Shown here: positions 39,701 to 53,279 of the stretch, one piece after another | Position numbering within the stretch: the stretch's first letter is position 1 | Layout of the letters: each line of letters begins with the position of its first letter | NCBI GenBank assembly: GCA_028534125.1 | Contig: CM052817.1 | Location: 18,974,001-19,038,000, forward strand | DNA from: Lama glama | Lineage: Eukaryota | Direction of reading: 5' to 3' | Length of the DNA stretch: 64,000 bases | Notes under the pieces: generated by a model | Seen by the model: the letters and a program-made list of their open reading frames with translations, nothing else | The model's database searches: none | Told to the model about the DNA's origin: nothing | Position numbers and translations under genes: made by a program

Positions 39701-41160
39701 CTTGAATTGGTTTTGCTGTTGTTTTACTATTTTAATTACATTGATTTCTGCCTCTATCTTTAGTATTTCCTTTATTCTGCTTGCTTTGGTTTTGTTTTAC
39801 TCTTCTTTTTCTAGTTTCTTTGAGTGTAACTTAAGTTATTGACTTGAGTCTTTTTTTCCTTTCTAGTTTAAGTATTTCATAGTATGAATTTCTTTATTCT
39901 CATAACTGATTTGGCTGCATTTCATATATTTTGATATGTTGTGTTTTCATTTTCATTTCAATTATATGTATTTATTTTACTTTATTCCCTTTGAGTCTTC
40001 TTTTTTATCAATGGATTATTTAGAAGTTTAATTTCCACATGTTTAAAAATTTTCCTGTTCTCTTTGTCTTACATTTATTTTGATCACATTATGGTCAGAG
40101 AACACACTCTGTATGATTTCAGTTGTTTTAAATTGGTTGAAGTTTGTTTTATGGCCCAAGATATGGTTTATCATAGGGAATGCTCCATAAGTACTTGTAG
40201 AAAAAAAAGAGTGTATTGTGCTATTTTGAATGGAGGATTCCCTACATGTCAGTTGGATTGTGTGTTGATTGTGTTATGCAGTTCTTCTGTATTTTTGCTG
40301 ATTTTCTGTTCTGTCAGTTATAGTAAGGTGTTGAGGTCTCCAGCCATGACTGTGGACTTGTCTGTTTTTTTCATAACCTCTCTTAGATTTTACTGCCTCT
40401 ATTTTGAAGCTCTGTTGTTAGATTTGTAAACATCTAGGATCATTATATTTTCTGCATGGATTGATCTTTATTAAGTAATGCCTTTGTTTTTCTGCAGTCA
40501 TTTTCTTTACTGTGTATTCTGCTTCATCAGACATTAAATATAGCACTTGTACTATTCTTGCATTAATGTTGCCAGTGTATTTTTTCCCATATTTTACTTT
40601 CAACCTATTTATATGATTGAAATTGAAATGAGTGTCTTTTAAGCAACATATAGCCCTCCTTCTTGTTATTTAGTCTTACAGTGTCTCTCTTTTGATTGAT
40701 ATATTTAAGATAATTGTTGATATATTTGCCCTGAAGTATGCCAGTTTATAATTTTGTTTTATGTTTCATTCCTCTAGTTCTTATTCTTCTGTTTGTTTTT
40801 CCTTGCCTTCCCGTAGTTTACTTGAATACTTTAAGGATTCCATTTTGACCTATTTAAAGTATTTGTGACTATACGTCTTTGACAGTTTTTTGAGTTTGTT
40901 GCTCTGAGCAATACAGGACATGTATGTGACATGACAATTTCCTGGTATCAGCATTTTACTACTTTGTGGGAAGTGTGGAAACTACATTGTGTGCCTTTAC
41001 CTTCCCCATTTTAAATATCATTTTCTTTAGTTCAGCTGGTGTTCAAACTTGTTTCAATCATGGACTATGAGTTACAGAACTCATGGTGATAAGGATAGAC
41101 TACAGTACTGTATGTATTCCTATTTTTGCTTTTACTTAGTCCTTCTTCTGCCTGACACTC
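36790..41160 (-). mobile_element. L1MC3-like element, ~4.4 kb, 5' truncated and degraded
   Basis: 3'UTR 'gtgtgtgtatttagttctctacacttttat..atgtgtaggttcatgta'; ORF2 remnants MKRQATDREEIFANH and EMEIYVHTK on the minus strand. Confidence 0.85.
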
Positions 41161-41529
41161 TAAACTTTTAATAAGTACTAGATATTATAATTTAGAGACA
41201 TCCTTGCCCAGGAATAAATAATTTATTATCTCATTATCCCTAAAGTAGTACTATTCTGAATTAATATGTGTCAATCACTCAACACTGTAACTAATGCATA
41301 GAAAGAGTTCAGTAAATGTCCTATGCCATGAGGTTTAGCTTCTGTTCTTCTGTGTCACATTTCGTTATTGTATATTGTATGTCACCAACATAAACAGTGT
41401 TCTATTTTCCACTGATGTCAAGAATTCTTTATGCCATGTTTACATAGCTTATTTCTTTAATCTACAGATATTTTCTGATCTGCTGATTTCTTATTCATCT
41501 TTCAAGATTATTTCAAGTATCACACCATT

Positions 41530-41817
41530 TGTATTAATATGAGTGGTGTCTCCCAGGGCAGTCTACATCAGGTGATTGAGTGAAGTGTAGGTACACAGGT
41601 GTAGCTATTTTGTTTTGCTGCAAGACGACTCTGATGCACAACCAGAGCTTCCCATTGGGTTGATTGAGGCTTTGTTAGGTCTAATGTAGAAGTTTGATTT
41701 CTTCTTCTCACAAATCTTGTTTTTCCCCAACCTTTTAGAAGTGTTAATCCCTAATAATCATCTTGTAACTCAAACCCTCTCTCAGCTCTTACTTCCAGCA
41801 GACCTAAACTATGCCAA
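41530..41817 (+). mobile_element. LTR16-like 3' fragment
   Basis: 'gggcagtctacatc', 'ctgaggctttgtt', 'ccctaataa..atcttg.a.ctcaaac.ctctctcag...cttcc'. Confidence 0.55.
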
Positions 41818-44800
41818 AGTGGGACTTTATAGTCAAGTGATCTGTATTTTAGGTAGTAAAACAATGTGAGCAAACAATTAGGATATCAGGAAATTAGACA
41901 AACCAGAATTCCATTTATTCAGGAGAAGCCAATAGCATAGCAGGAAGCAGGTAGGCATGGTGAGCACATAAGTGCTCAGGAATCAAATCAGGTCTTAAAA
42001 CCTGAACATAATTTCTAGAATCTTCCAGGTAGTAGGATCCTAATGTGTTTGATCGATTCCCTGATAATAAGGAAGTTGGTATGATAAAAATAGAAAAAAA
42101 ATGGATTTAGCTTAAAAAAGAGAATAGTATGCTTAACTATGAACTGATTGGCAAAAAACAAAACAGTCGAAATTAAGCAAGCCTTTGATAATTGGCTTCT
42201 TGACTTGTTAACTTGACTGATGTGTCTGCCTGTGATGGTCATGCCTGAGTTTAAGCTGAGAACAGAAAGCATCTAGGGTCAGAGATGAATGGGCAGTAAG
42301 CAACAGTAAATGCTTCTTCAGTCTGTCTGAAAATAAAAATTTAAATAGATGTTAACAATCATATTTTCACACGTAAAAACAAAAGAAATAGGATGAGTTC
42401 TCAATAACATTATGTAGAGATAATATTTAAGATAAAGAAGGAACTTACGTCTAAAATATATGCAAGAAAGGAAGATGAACTAAATTTTGGCATTTCTTTG
42501 GATATAAAGGGAGAAAACAGTCAAATATTGAGATCATAGAACAAAAACAGGAAAATTAATGATGAGAGCTGGCATAAAATAGAGAAGTGGATGAAGTCAA
42601 TTCTGTGTAAATTTTTGAGAACATATATTATTTTTAAGTCAACTCTTCCAAAGAATACAGCCTAGAATGTAGTGAATGCTCCACAAATAAATATATATGA
42701 ATTTGAAGAACAGTGATATATTCAAGAGGAGATATTTTGTTGGAGATGTAATGTATGGTTGTTAACATAATAGCTCATATTAGCAGTTCAGGCTAGAAAT
42801 AGAGGCAGTCATTCACCACATTGTGTAAGTAACTCTTCTTCTTCTCCTCCTCCTCCCTCTTCCCCCTCCCTTCCTCCTTTAATTTTTGTGACAGAACTAC
42901 AGTAGAGTAGGCCAGGACAAATTAATAACTCCTGTTCATTCTTGGTTGATGGGGAGAGAAGAACTTACGCCTAAGACAATGATATCTCTCTCTCTCACAC
43001 ACACACACACAGAAAGCACAGAGAGAGGAAAAAATGATGACTCCAATTGAAAAATTTCCTAACAAAATCCATCATCAAAAATGTTAATGTTACAGAGAAT
43101 AAGAAAAATAGTAAAGACTTTTATGTTTAAAAATAAAGGTTCATCTTAAAAGATCACGTTAACCATGGAAGAGAATTGTCTCTGAAACTGAGGTAGGGGG
43201 AAATTCAGTAGCCTAAATAAGTCCAGTGTTAACATTTATTGAGAAAGTTATAAATGGGGTCCATAAACTGCAAGTCTAAATTATTTAAAGTTGTAAATCA
43301 AGGTAAGCAGCTATTAAAGCATATGTTTCATCTTCTTACCCCAACAAATATATGTCAGTAACAATCTCAAAATCCAGGTGCAAGTTTAGATAGATTTCTG
43401 TACAGAAAATGGTAATGCAAGGAGAGCTGGCCCCCATCTTCTGGCTCAGGATTGCACCTCTCTCCTCTTACTGTTCTCAACTCCTGCACTGTGAAGGGCA
43501 TTGCATGTGCCCACACTGATACTCCAGTCCATGCACCCAGGCTTCTGCCACAACCCTAGAGAAACAGCCACCCTTTGGCCACTCTTGCAGGTGTGTGGCT
43601 ACCGGCTATGTGATGTGCTCTTGGGAGGATAGAGCTGGAGAAGATGCCCACAGGATTACTGTAAGAAGGCTAAAGGCTTTGTAGGCAGGACGTGCAAGGT
43701 CCTAGGTATCTAGGACAAGAAAGGGAGGCATGTAGGCTCTGAGTAGTTGTGGCTTCTTGGATCCACGGTCAGCTAATTCTGTGGTGCACATGGGTCATGG
43801 CTAGAATAGGTCCAGAGTGGGGTTCCTCTGAAGTCTCCTTAGAAGGAGATTTTCTTGCTTCAGTTTGTGGATAGCTTGAGTCTGTGTGCCAATGTTCAAA
43901 GAAGACCTGTACCAGAGTTTGTCTCTGCTTTCTTAACAACAGAATTTAGCCAGTAGATAGACTCTTTCTTCTTCTCTATTCAGGAGCTTTGAATAAAACT
44001 AGAGCACAGAGTATAGTTTTTTTAAGAAGTAAATGTGTTGGTGCCCAGCTTCTTAGGTGGAATTTCAGGCCAGCTTAGCCACTGTTCCCAGTGGGAATGG
44101 AACAGCTCTATCGAGAAAGTTCTCTAAACCATCTGGAGTGTTATGGTGACATTTACTTTTCTCTAATTTGCTCTCAGTGTGTCATTCAGCTTTCTCTGTT
44201 CTCGAAGGACATCCCTGAGTTTGAAATTGGCTGTTTTCTTTATTCATTATCAAAGACTAACATTAAGACAACACAGAAAATAATGTTGCATTTCAAAGCA
44301 ACAGCTGCGCCGTCTTCGACAGTGCTTTATTAACAGTCTCTAAGTTGTATACCACATTGAGTTTTCAACTTTTCAGAGAATGACACCATTTTTTCTCCAC
44401 TTCCCCAGATTTTTAATGAGCAGTTTTTCCCCTGATGTCTGTGTCAGAGGGTGAAGAGGTATGTTTTTTGGTTTCCGGCTGTTTCAATTAAGGAGATGAT
44501 CATTATTTTGTGTACTCTACCATCTCTAATAAATCTGATTAGGGTAAATTCTGACACAGAAAATGACTTAGTTCACATTGATTTTTAAAAGGCATTGGTA
44601 ATTACTCCAGATTGATAAACCTCATCTGTTTCAGCAACAGATGCTTTTCTACAAGAAGGCCCACACCACACTTTATCTTCATGTTTTCTCCTGTATTTTC
44701 TACCCGTCATCCCATGTCTTCCGGAGTGTGTAGGAATAATCTTCTACAGAACAAAGGGAATAGCAGCGATTCAAATCTGAATCAAATTGTCAAAGCCCCC

Positions 44801-46639
44801 TCACATCTTACAGTGATGCAAAGCTGTACAAATTATCATTCTAAATCTATCAACACTTCCATGCTGTTTCCTCAATAGGAATAATTGGATGATTTATATT
44901 TCCGGCTGACTTTTAAACATGACTGTCAGTGCATAAAACAAATTAGTTTTAATAAGAACTTTCACATGAACACATAGAAATAGAGTGACAGGAACAATAA
45001 ATGGAGGATTTCAATAATTGTATTGACAGAGCTTCACCAAAAGAATATTCAGGTAATTAGGATGATTAAACAATAATGAGCATTCCACTTACTACTTTCA
45101 TCTGATTTCAAAATGTCTAATGAATTTATTAATGACAAGCATACTGTCTTTAAGCTAATGAGTCCCTTTTTTCATTAGGACTGAAATGTTATACTGATGA
45201 AATTGAAAGCTAGTCAGACTTGAAAAAATGATAAATGCAGATCCCAGATATTCATCTGAAATATGTTTCTTTATGAAACAAGTCTCAAATGAGTTACATT
45301 TACTAAAACAGTTGATTTTTATTATTTAAAAATTTTCATTTTAGAAAATACATTTTTTAAGTAGCAAACCATAATATTTATAAAGCTAACAATTGTTTTA
45401 TGTTGAAGAAACTTTGATGGAATTATATTATTATTTTGTTTATTTATATATATTATTTCATTAATGCGTAACATTGTCATGGAGCAGAAATATTATGGTC
45501 ACAAGCATAGAGCCTGGTGTATGATTTGAAGTGAGCGGTTGAAGTGAAATTAGGTAATTGAAGCTGATAGGGTTAGTTGGAAGCAAATTTCAGATTTCTT
45601 TGAAAGGAGGATAATGCTGAAAAGCTTCATTCAATGGGAGATACTGTTGTTAAATAGTGGGAAACTGTGGAGACAAATGTTCTCTTCTCCATACTACCAT
45701 GGCAAGATTGTCATGATGGGATTAATCACTGAAGTCTCCATGTAATAAACTTGATTTTCTGGAATCTTTTAGTATGGAAAAGTTTAATTACTGTATTATT
45801 GATTTATCTTTATTATTTGTAAACTCATGCTATAAGGAGATAAAATAGCTCATAAGGGGTTTTCAGAAGTTTGATGGCATTTTATAATACGTTACTAGAT
45901 GACATATACAGATATATGTATCACTAAATTGTATCACTAAATTATTTGAAAAACAGTTTTTATATATTTATGTTAAATATATTGCACATTATTACATAAG
46001 TGAATTATTTCCCTACTATGACACTTGTAAATTTCAACAGAAAAATTTAATTTGTCAAATCCCATGAGCAAAGGCTCACCAATGAACTTCTACGATTACT
46101 TATCTGTTTAAATTGAGAAATAAAGGGAAAATAATCTCTTACTTATTACAGGAAGATTTTCATTTCTGAAAATAAGATTCTAAACTTAATAACAGACTCA
46201 TATCTCCTTCCTTAAAAGATGCAGAGGCTGCAGTGATGCAAAACCTTCACTGCACCTGCTATCCCCATCTATTTCTCTGCAGCCAAAATGGATGCAAGAG
46301 GCTCTTTTCATACCCAGAGAGTACAACCTGGAATAGAGGGGATTGAAATGGTTCCTGGAACAGAACAGGGGCTGGCTTACTTGCCTGCAGAACCCTCAGC
46401 CAGCCAACATTTTTTAACCATACTTTCATTGAACCTATTCACTCAGTAGTCATCACCAAGAACTATACCAGGAAGAGAGAAAGAAGCTATAAAGCTGAAC
46501 AAGTTTCAAATGGTCAAAGCATAAATGAAAACACAGATATCTAGAATATACATGCAAGATAATGCTTCATATTTCATATATGTATTTATACCTCTATGGG
46601 TGTATCTCTATATTTCAGATATATATCTCTATAAAAATC

Positions 46640-46646
<7 letters not shown>

Positions 46647-46694
<48 letters not shown>

Positions 46695-46718
46695 TATACA
46701 TGTATACATATATATCTG

Positions 46719-46750
<32 letters not shown>
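46647..46750. repeat. Compound (TA)n/(CA)n microsatellite
   Basis: Two TA runs and one CA run; 'atatctggaa' occurs twice. Confidence 0.95.
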
Positions 46751-46752
<2 letters not shown>

Positions 46753-47497
46753 GGAAGGATACAAAGCAAACTAATAAAGTGATTACTTTTGAAGAAAGTA
46801 GGGGTAGAAATAGTATTCCGAATTGTTACTTAATCAGACCTTAGAGATTGTAATTTAACTTTTTACCAGAATATATAGTCATGTTCTAGTTTTATAACAA
46901 AGTAATTTTAACAAATCTCTATGTCACATAAGCCCAAGGGCCTTAATTGCCAGTTGAGCCTCCAGCAGGCACAATCACAGTGGCTTCTACCTTTGATAAA
47001 ATGATGGTAGAGCTAAGAAAGATTAAAGCGCATGCTTCTCTCTGCCATTTTCACCGCAGCCCTGTGATCGTCCATGCATATTCTTCCTTCAGGGAAGGCC
47101 TTCCAGTTCCACATGCTCTGTGCCAGCAGTGCCTTAGCAGCATTTCATCCTTGGGGTGACCACAGCTTCCTCACTGCTCTTCCTCGCCTCTGGTAGGAAT
47201 TGCTAATACACTGCAGTGAATTTAACAAATGTTTTATTCACACGTTTGCATTCTAAGTATTGTGCTGAACTCAGGTCAGAATGCACATAGGGGCCAGAAA
47301 ATTCAAATGTAAATAAAACTTTCATCAAATATGGCCATAAAGAAAAAATGCATTAGTTTACCTTAATATGAAGACATAAAAAATCTAATATTATTCCTTT
47401 ATGTATTTGGATTTTTAATATGTTTATTATTTCTATGAAGTAAAAGATACTCACTAGCAAAATTTTTATCAAGTACTTACAGTATACTGTGTATCAT

Positions 47498-48058
47498 TGT
47501 TACCAAGTCCAAACTCATTCTGCTCGCCACATGGCAGGCCTGTAAATTGGGAGATGAAGTGTTGGGGCAAAGAATAATGACTTTATTCAGAAACCTGACA
47601 GACTGAGAAGAAGCCAGACTAATGTCCTGGAGAATCATCTTCCCCAAGTCAGAATTCAGGCTCCTTCCTTATCCTAAAAGGGGAGAGTGTGTGATTGGTT
47701 GTTGTAAACTTCTTGATGTCGGAATCCTTTGTTCCAGCAGCTGTCCACTTGAATCAGGTCCTGGTGTCCTTGTAAAGCTCTAACAGGACAAATGTTTTCA
47801 TTTCATTTCATTTCATTTCATTTCATTTCATTTCATTTCATTCTATTCTGCAACGTTTTATCTTTATATGAATGGGAAAGTGTTATATCCTTAAAGATCA
47901 GAGCCTTGAGAATGGACTGTCCTGTATATTTCAGGCTCTAGGCAACATTCTTTTACAAAAGGTGCAGAACCAGCATGACAAATGCCAGAAACAGATCAAA
48001 GGGTTAGAACCAAAGGAGCAGATCTAAAATGGAGTCAGATTTGTTCTTCCCTACTACA
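47498..48058 (-). mobile_element. ERV1-type solo LTR with internal (TTTCA)n
   Basis: Minus strand starts 'tgtagtagggaagaacaaatctgactccattttag' and ends 'ggtaaca'; flanks tcat/ccat; (TTTCA)n at ~47797-47842. Confidence 0.8.
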
Positions 48059-48340
48059 CCATGAAGGAATTTAAAGCTAAATTAGTAGGTTCTTGTGTTT
48101 AAGGAGCATATTATCAAGTTAGGGAAATAAAATAAATGCATAGGGAAATTTGAAGATAAGATAAAAAGGACTGTGAGATCTTAGAAAGTAGCAGTGTGAA
48201 GTAATCAAGAAACTCTTGATTAAACTGAGCTTTAATATATCAGATATCTAAAGTTCCTTATATTAGATTTGTTTCTATTTGGAAATATGTAGTTGTATGC
48301 ATGTATATATGTTTTATAAATTTGTATGCATATATATACA

Positions 48341-48775
48341 TGTTACCAAATCCAAGTTTGTACTGCTTGCTGCAGGACAGGCCAATAAATTGAGAGATGA
48401 GTTGTTGGGACAAAGAATAGCGACTCTATTTGGAAAGCCAGCAGACTGAGAAGATGTTGGACTAGTGTCCCAAAGCACCGTCTTGCCTGGGTTTGGATGC
48501 TATTTGTTTTATAGAATAAAGAGGGGGAGATGAGGAGGTAAAATAAAAAGGATAAGTTGTTGCAAATATTTCCTGATTTGGGCCAGACTCTGGAGGGGAT
48601 GTGTTATTTTTTTCTTTCCTGCAGCCCTTCACAGTCCTGGTCAGGATGTTTCCTGTGAGTTATTTTGGCTTAGTGCTCAGGCATGGGAGGCAAGGTTCCT
48701 GGAGATGGGCCATCATGTATACTTTAAGCTATAGGCAACATCCCTGTAAGTGATTAACTTTTAGCAAAAGCAAAG
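48341..48775 (-). mobile_element. Related ERV1-type LTR, truncated in U3
   Basis: First ~140 bp align to 47498-47640 ('tgttaccaa.tccaa...aaatt.ggagatga..tgttggg.caaagaata...cagactgagaaga'). Confidence 0.75.
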
Positions 48776-50959
48776 TTTAGCACCTCCATTTACAATAAGC
48801 ATTTTTGGTCCCAATTCTCACTATTTTGTGATTTAAATTCTCACTAAATGTGATGTGATTAAAAAAATGAAAAGGATAATATTGATATCCTTGTGCAAAA
48901 TAAGCCCAACCAAATAAATGCACTCTCAAGTAAGAACAAGTAAGAACAAAACAAAAAAGAAAAATTTAATAATGGAGATGAAAGTTAAAAGGTGTCTAAG
49001 TGAGTGATTTTAGGGCAAAATTTATACTTTTTAGAATAAAATAAAGTCAAATTTCATGGAGGCTAAGATATTAGTAAGGGAACAAGATCTCCATTCCCTC
49101 TGTGACATTCAGAAACAGTAATTACTGAAGATATTTTAAGACAAAACCTCAGCTGGGTCAAAATTTTCTCATCAAATTAGAAAATGTTAGTGAAATTTGA
49201 AAAGGCTTAAGGTGTAATATGATTATTTTATATGCTGCTCAACAGAAATAAGCTTGGAAAGAGAATGTGGAGCTCAGACAAATATACAAAGACCTCCAGA
49301 TACGTCTTCATGGAATATCAAGGGTAGGTTGTATAAACCTACTAGAAAGTGATGGCAGCTAAGAGTGAGAAGCAGAAAGAGAACAGCCGGAGAGTAGAGG
49401 GTCTTAAAAATCAAGAAGGTTATAGGAGGAATCTGGAATTCTGTCATAGTTATGAACTTACAGGTCAGACTGAATTATAATAACAACTTTACATAAGCAT
49501 TAAGGTATTAAATTGTACTGACCAGGTTTTAAATGCCAGGTCGCATTCTTACTCTCTAATTTTCCTTTTGACAATCATATTTATACTTTTCATGTTGCCA
49601 TATACTGAGATGAATATCAGATTATAAAGAAGTCGGTTTGTGAATGTCCGGGTTCCTGGAAGTGCACACAACTTTCACAGTGATTGGACAAGCATCAGTG
49701 AGGCATGGCTAGGAATGAGGGGAACGGGCAATACAGGCTGACATCACGAGGCAGCTGCTGGGATTGAAAGTGGGTGTACCCTTGCCCTAAGTATGCCGTT
49801 TCCCCTCGGAGCTCCTTGGTGAAATAGAACTACTGTCATCACTAATTTGAACTTTTATGCCTTAAATCCTTTAATATCAATCAAGTGCAAGGAAAACTTC
49901 TGATAATTAAAATGTTAAACACTTCCTAAGTTCAAAGCATCTGTATACTGAAGCTTGTAGGAGATTCCCCAACTTCCTCCCTTAAAAGTACAAATATAGT
50001 TTTGGTAGCAATGCTCTTGGTTGGGGGATGTTGAAATTTGCAGTAGAAGAGAAGGCTTAAAATATTTTCAAGATATTTTACACTTATTTTTGAGTCGCAC
50101 AGACCCAAACAGATACCAAACTTTGGGACAAATAAAACTAAAAGTAGCTTTAGACTGTCAAGTTTTGTAAATCTCACATTTTTATCCAAAGGATGATATA
50201 TTCAATTGTAATAATATCATAATTCTATGGATAGATGAGGCTAACATCTTGAATACTTTCTTTTTTCCTGTTGATTGTCTTACTGTGCCCTTTGGTTTTG
50301 CCCTTAGGCAATAACTAACTTGTTAAAAGAGGATCTGTAAGAATGATGCTGGTTGTTGACCCAACGATCACTTCTGGAGTTGTTATTTCCTCTTGCAAGA
50401 CTGAACCTTGTGTATTGTATGGGTTGTTTTTACTAGTAGAATCTTCAGCCTTGTGTTATTTGTGGAATGCTGATGATTCACCGCATTTTTCATACCTTTT
50501 GAAATTGTATCTTCAATATCACTTGGTGCTGCTTAGTTTTGCTGACTGTTAGCCATTCCAGTAGCTCTTACTGACCTAGCACCAGTGTGTCTTGCAAAGC
50601 ATAGCAGCGTGAAAAAAGGCAAATGGAATTGTAGCATATTTTAGATGGTGGCACCTGGTCCCCAGATGAACTGATTTACAGGTCAATAACCATTCGGTGA
50701 TAAAATGGGTGCTTAGATAAGGCAGTTCAGTATTTAGAAGATTGAAATGACTAGTTTGTTTCCCAGTGGGTCTGACTAAGCAGGTATTTGGTGAGCTAAG
50801 GTTCAGAATTACGTAGTTGATTAACACTTAGGGTTTTTTTTTTTTTTTTTTTTTTGGCTGAGACTGTCATAAGACTATTGAGACACAACAACACAGCAGT
50901 GGCAGTTGTGAATATTCAAGTGACATGTACTTTTCTTGCTGTGTTGGTCTCCTCCTCTG

Positions 50960-52617
50960 TTTTATCAAATAAATGACTTATCTCCATTTTATTTATTTAT
51001 TTTTTAATCTTGTTTTTCCATTTGGAACATATCCTTGCGATTCTTCATTTTGCTTGACTCTCTGTGTTGGCTTCTATACATTAGATAAAACAGCCCCCTT
51101 TCCCAGTCTTGAAGGAGTTGCAGCCCGTGGAGGAAATGAACCTTATTGTTTAGCCCTTTCCTAACTCTTGATTATCTCTCAAGCCTTTGTGATTGTCTAA
51201 GCCATTTTTTAAATTTGTAACTCCCAATATTTGAGAGTGGAGCAAAACTTGCTAGTGTCTCAAAGGAAAGGATTTCAATCAGCACCTCCATTCAATCTGT
51301 TGGAAGCCAGTGCCTCAGGCAGCACCTTTTAAAGAACTCAAATAAATACAGTCCTGTGGGACCACAAGCATTAGCCTCGCTGTCCTCCAGAGTCAGGCAA
51401 TTTGGAGGTGTCCCCTGGCAGCAGCCACAAAATTGAGGTGTCAGACAAGGGTAGAAGCACCCTTTCTGGAAGCTGGAGCAAAGCAGAGGGAGAATTCAAA
51501 GACTGTGTCCACCAGCCTTTGTTCCCTGAGAACACATCCCTAGGCCCCTTGAAGTGTGCCAAACTGGAAGCTGGCCCCTCAGGCCAAAGCTCCTGGAAGT
51601 GCAAACAGGCCTCTTTCTCAGAAAGACTGGACGTGCGTTTCAGCCTGCTGTCTGTGCAAGTGCCCTGGAGGTGGTGGTCTGCCAAGGTCGGTCTCTCCAG
51701 TTGTTATGGTTGCATGGAACCCAGGAATGCAGGTCCCCCAGCCTTCAGAGCCAGGTGATGAAGGGGTGTCCCCTGGGCTGCAGCCACAAAAACTAGGTCA
51801 CCAGATGTAAAAGCTGGGGCACCAGATGAACGCAGAAGCTTCCCTCTGGGAGATACTGGCACTCTAGGGTGAGGCAAAGGGGGAGTGGAAAGATGGCATT
51901 GGCCACAAAAGCTTAAAAAAAGGAAAAAAAAAATTAAAAGGATGACCCACCAAGGTAAAAAAAAGTCTAGAGTTTAGTTAATTAATTAATTAGAAGCCTA
52001 GAGTAAAAAAGAAATGGTGCCCACTAGACTTTGTCCCTTGAATATATCCTAGCACGTCCCTGCCCTTCATTCTGATGGTTTAAAATTAGCAAATAAGCTT
52101 CATTCACATGAAGTCTGAGCACATTTTAAAGGTTGCTTCTGTGCTGGGCCATGGGGTGAGTTTGCTTGTGAGCCCTTTAAGAGGTGATTCTCAGTTCACC
52201 ACAGCCCCATGGGTCTCATGGATATGATCTTAGTTGGTTTTCAAAGCTAGATATTTTAGGCACTTATCTCTTAGATGTAGGTCTTAAAAGTTGGGGTGCC
52301 CAGTGTGGGATGTGAACCTTTCACTCCTCAGGCAGAAGGGCCAGGTTTTGAGTTCTCTCCCATTTGTGGGTCACCATGTAGGGGTTTGGGGTTGGGAGGT
52401 TGGGTTTATAGCAAGATTGTATCTTAGCCTTCCCTACTTGCTTTAATGTGTTTATTTTTCTTCTTTGCCTGATGTAAAGAAGTTGTCCTGCTGGGTTTTA
52501 GGTCTTTCTTCAAGAAGAAATTGTTCATATGTAGCTTTAGATTTTGTGTGTGCACAGATGGTGGTGAGTTCAGAATCTTCCTGTTTCATCATCTTGAACC
52601 AGAACCCACCTCTCCTC
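50960..52617 (-). mobile_element. L1M 5'UTR and start of ORF1, with no downstream body
   Basis: Minus strand begins 'ggttcaagatgatgaaacaggaagattctgaactcacc...aaatctaaagctacatatgaacaat', typical of an L1M 5' terminus; ORF1-start-like sequence at 51000-51200. Confidence 0.7.
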
Positions 52618-52719
52618 TTTAAATAGTTGTAGATTTGTAGTACACATTATTGCTCATTATTTGAATTTCCTTTAGCCACCAGCCACTTTGAATTTGGATG
52701 TTTATGTTATAAAAAGTCT

Positions 52720-52895
52720 GAGCCAAATTACTTTGTCTCAGTTACATCATCTGTAAGACAGAGAAAGCAATCCATAAAATAGGTAGGCGATCCCTACCAT
52801 ATAGAGTTGAGAGGATTAAGCAGGTCAGTACAGATAGAGAATTGGAAACAGTTTATATCATGTAGTGAATTCTTAGTAAATATTAGCTAGGACCA
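52720..52895 (+). mobile_element. MIR fragment
   Basis: 'tgtctcagttacatcatctgtaa...atagagttgagaggattaa'. Confidence 0.6.
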
Positions 52896-53279
52896 CAAAA
52901 ATGATGATGATGGAGAAGATGAGGGTGATTCAATGACAGATATTTTATATAGCCTTTAATGTTCAGGTCTCTGGTGGTTTTTAATAATTCAAAACCCTAC
53001 CAGACTTTTTCCACATTAAAATATAATTTTCAACTCCTCAATACCCGAGAAGAAAACACAGAGTCTTCAAGGCACCTCAAGTAGATATAACACTGCATTG
53101 GGTCTTGTGCAGATAGGGAAGGGGGCAGAGATCACATAGCTCACCTGGCCATCTGGATGGTCAACCTAATAATAAGCCTAGGGACATTTTTCTAAAGAGA
53201 AAATTAGGGGAGGGTACTTCCCTGTTGAGTAATTAAAATAAACACAGGCACCATTTCAAAGAAGACATTATTAACTAGT

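Noticed and set aside
46228..46260. tgcagtga...tcactgca hairpin
   Set aside because: An 8-bp stem is expected by chance in 64 kb; no ncRNA features.
46525..46844. YI-repeat ORFs
   Set aside because: Translations of (TA)n microsatellites.
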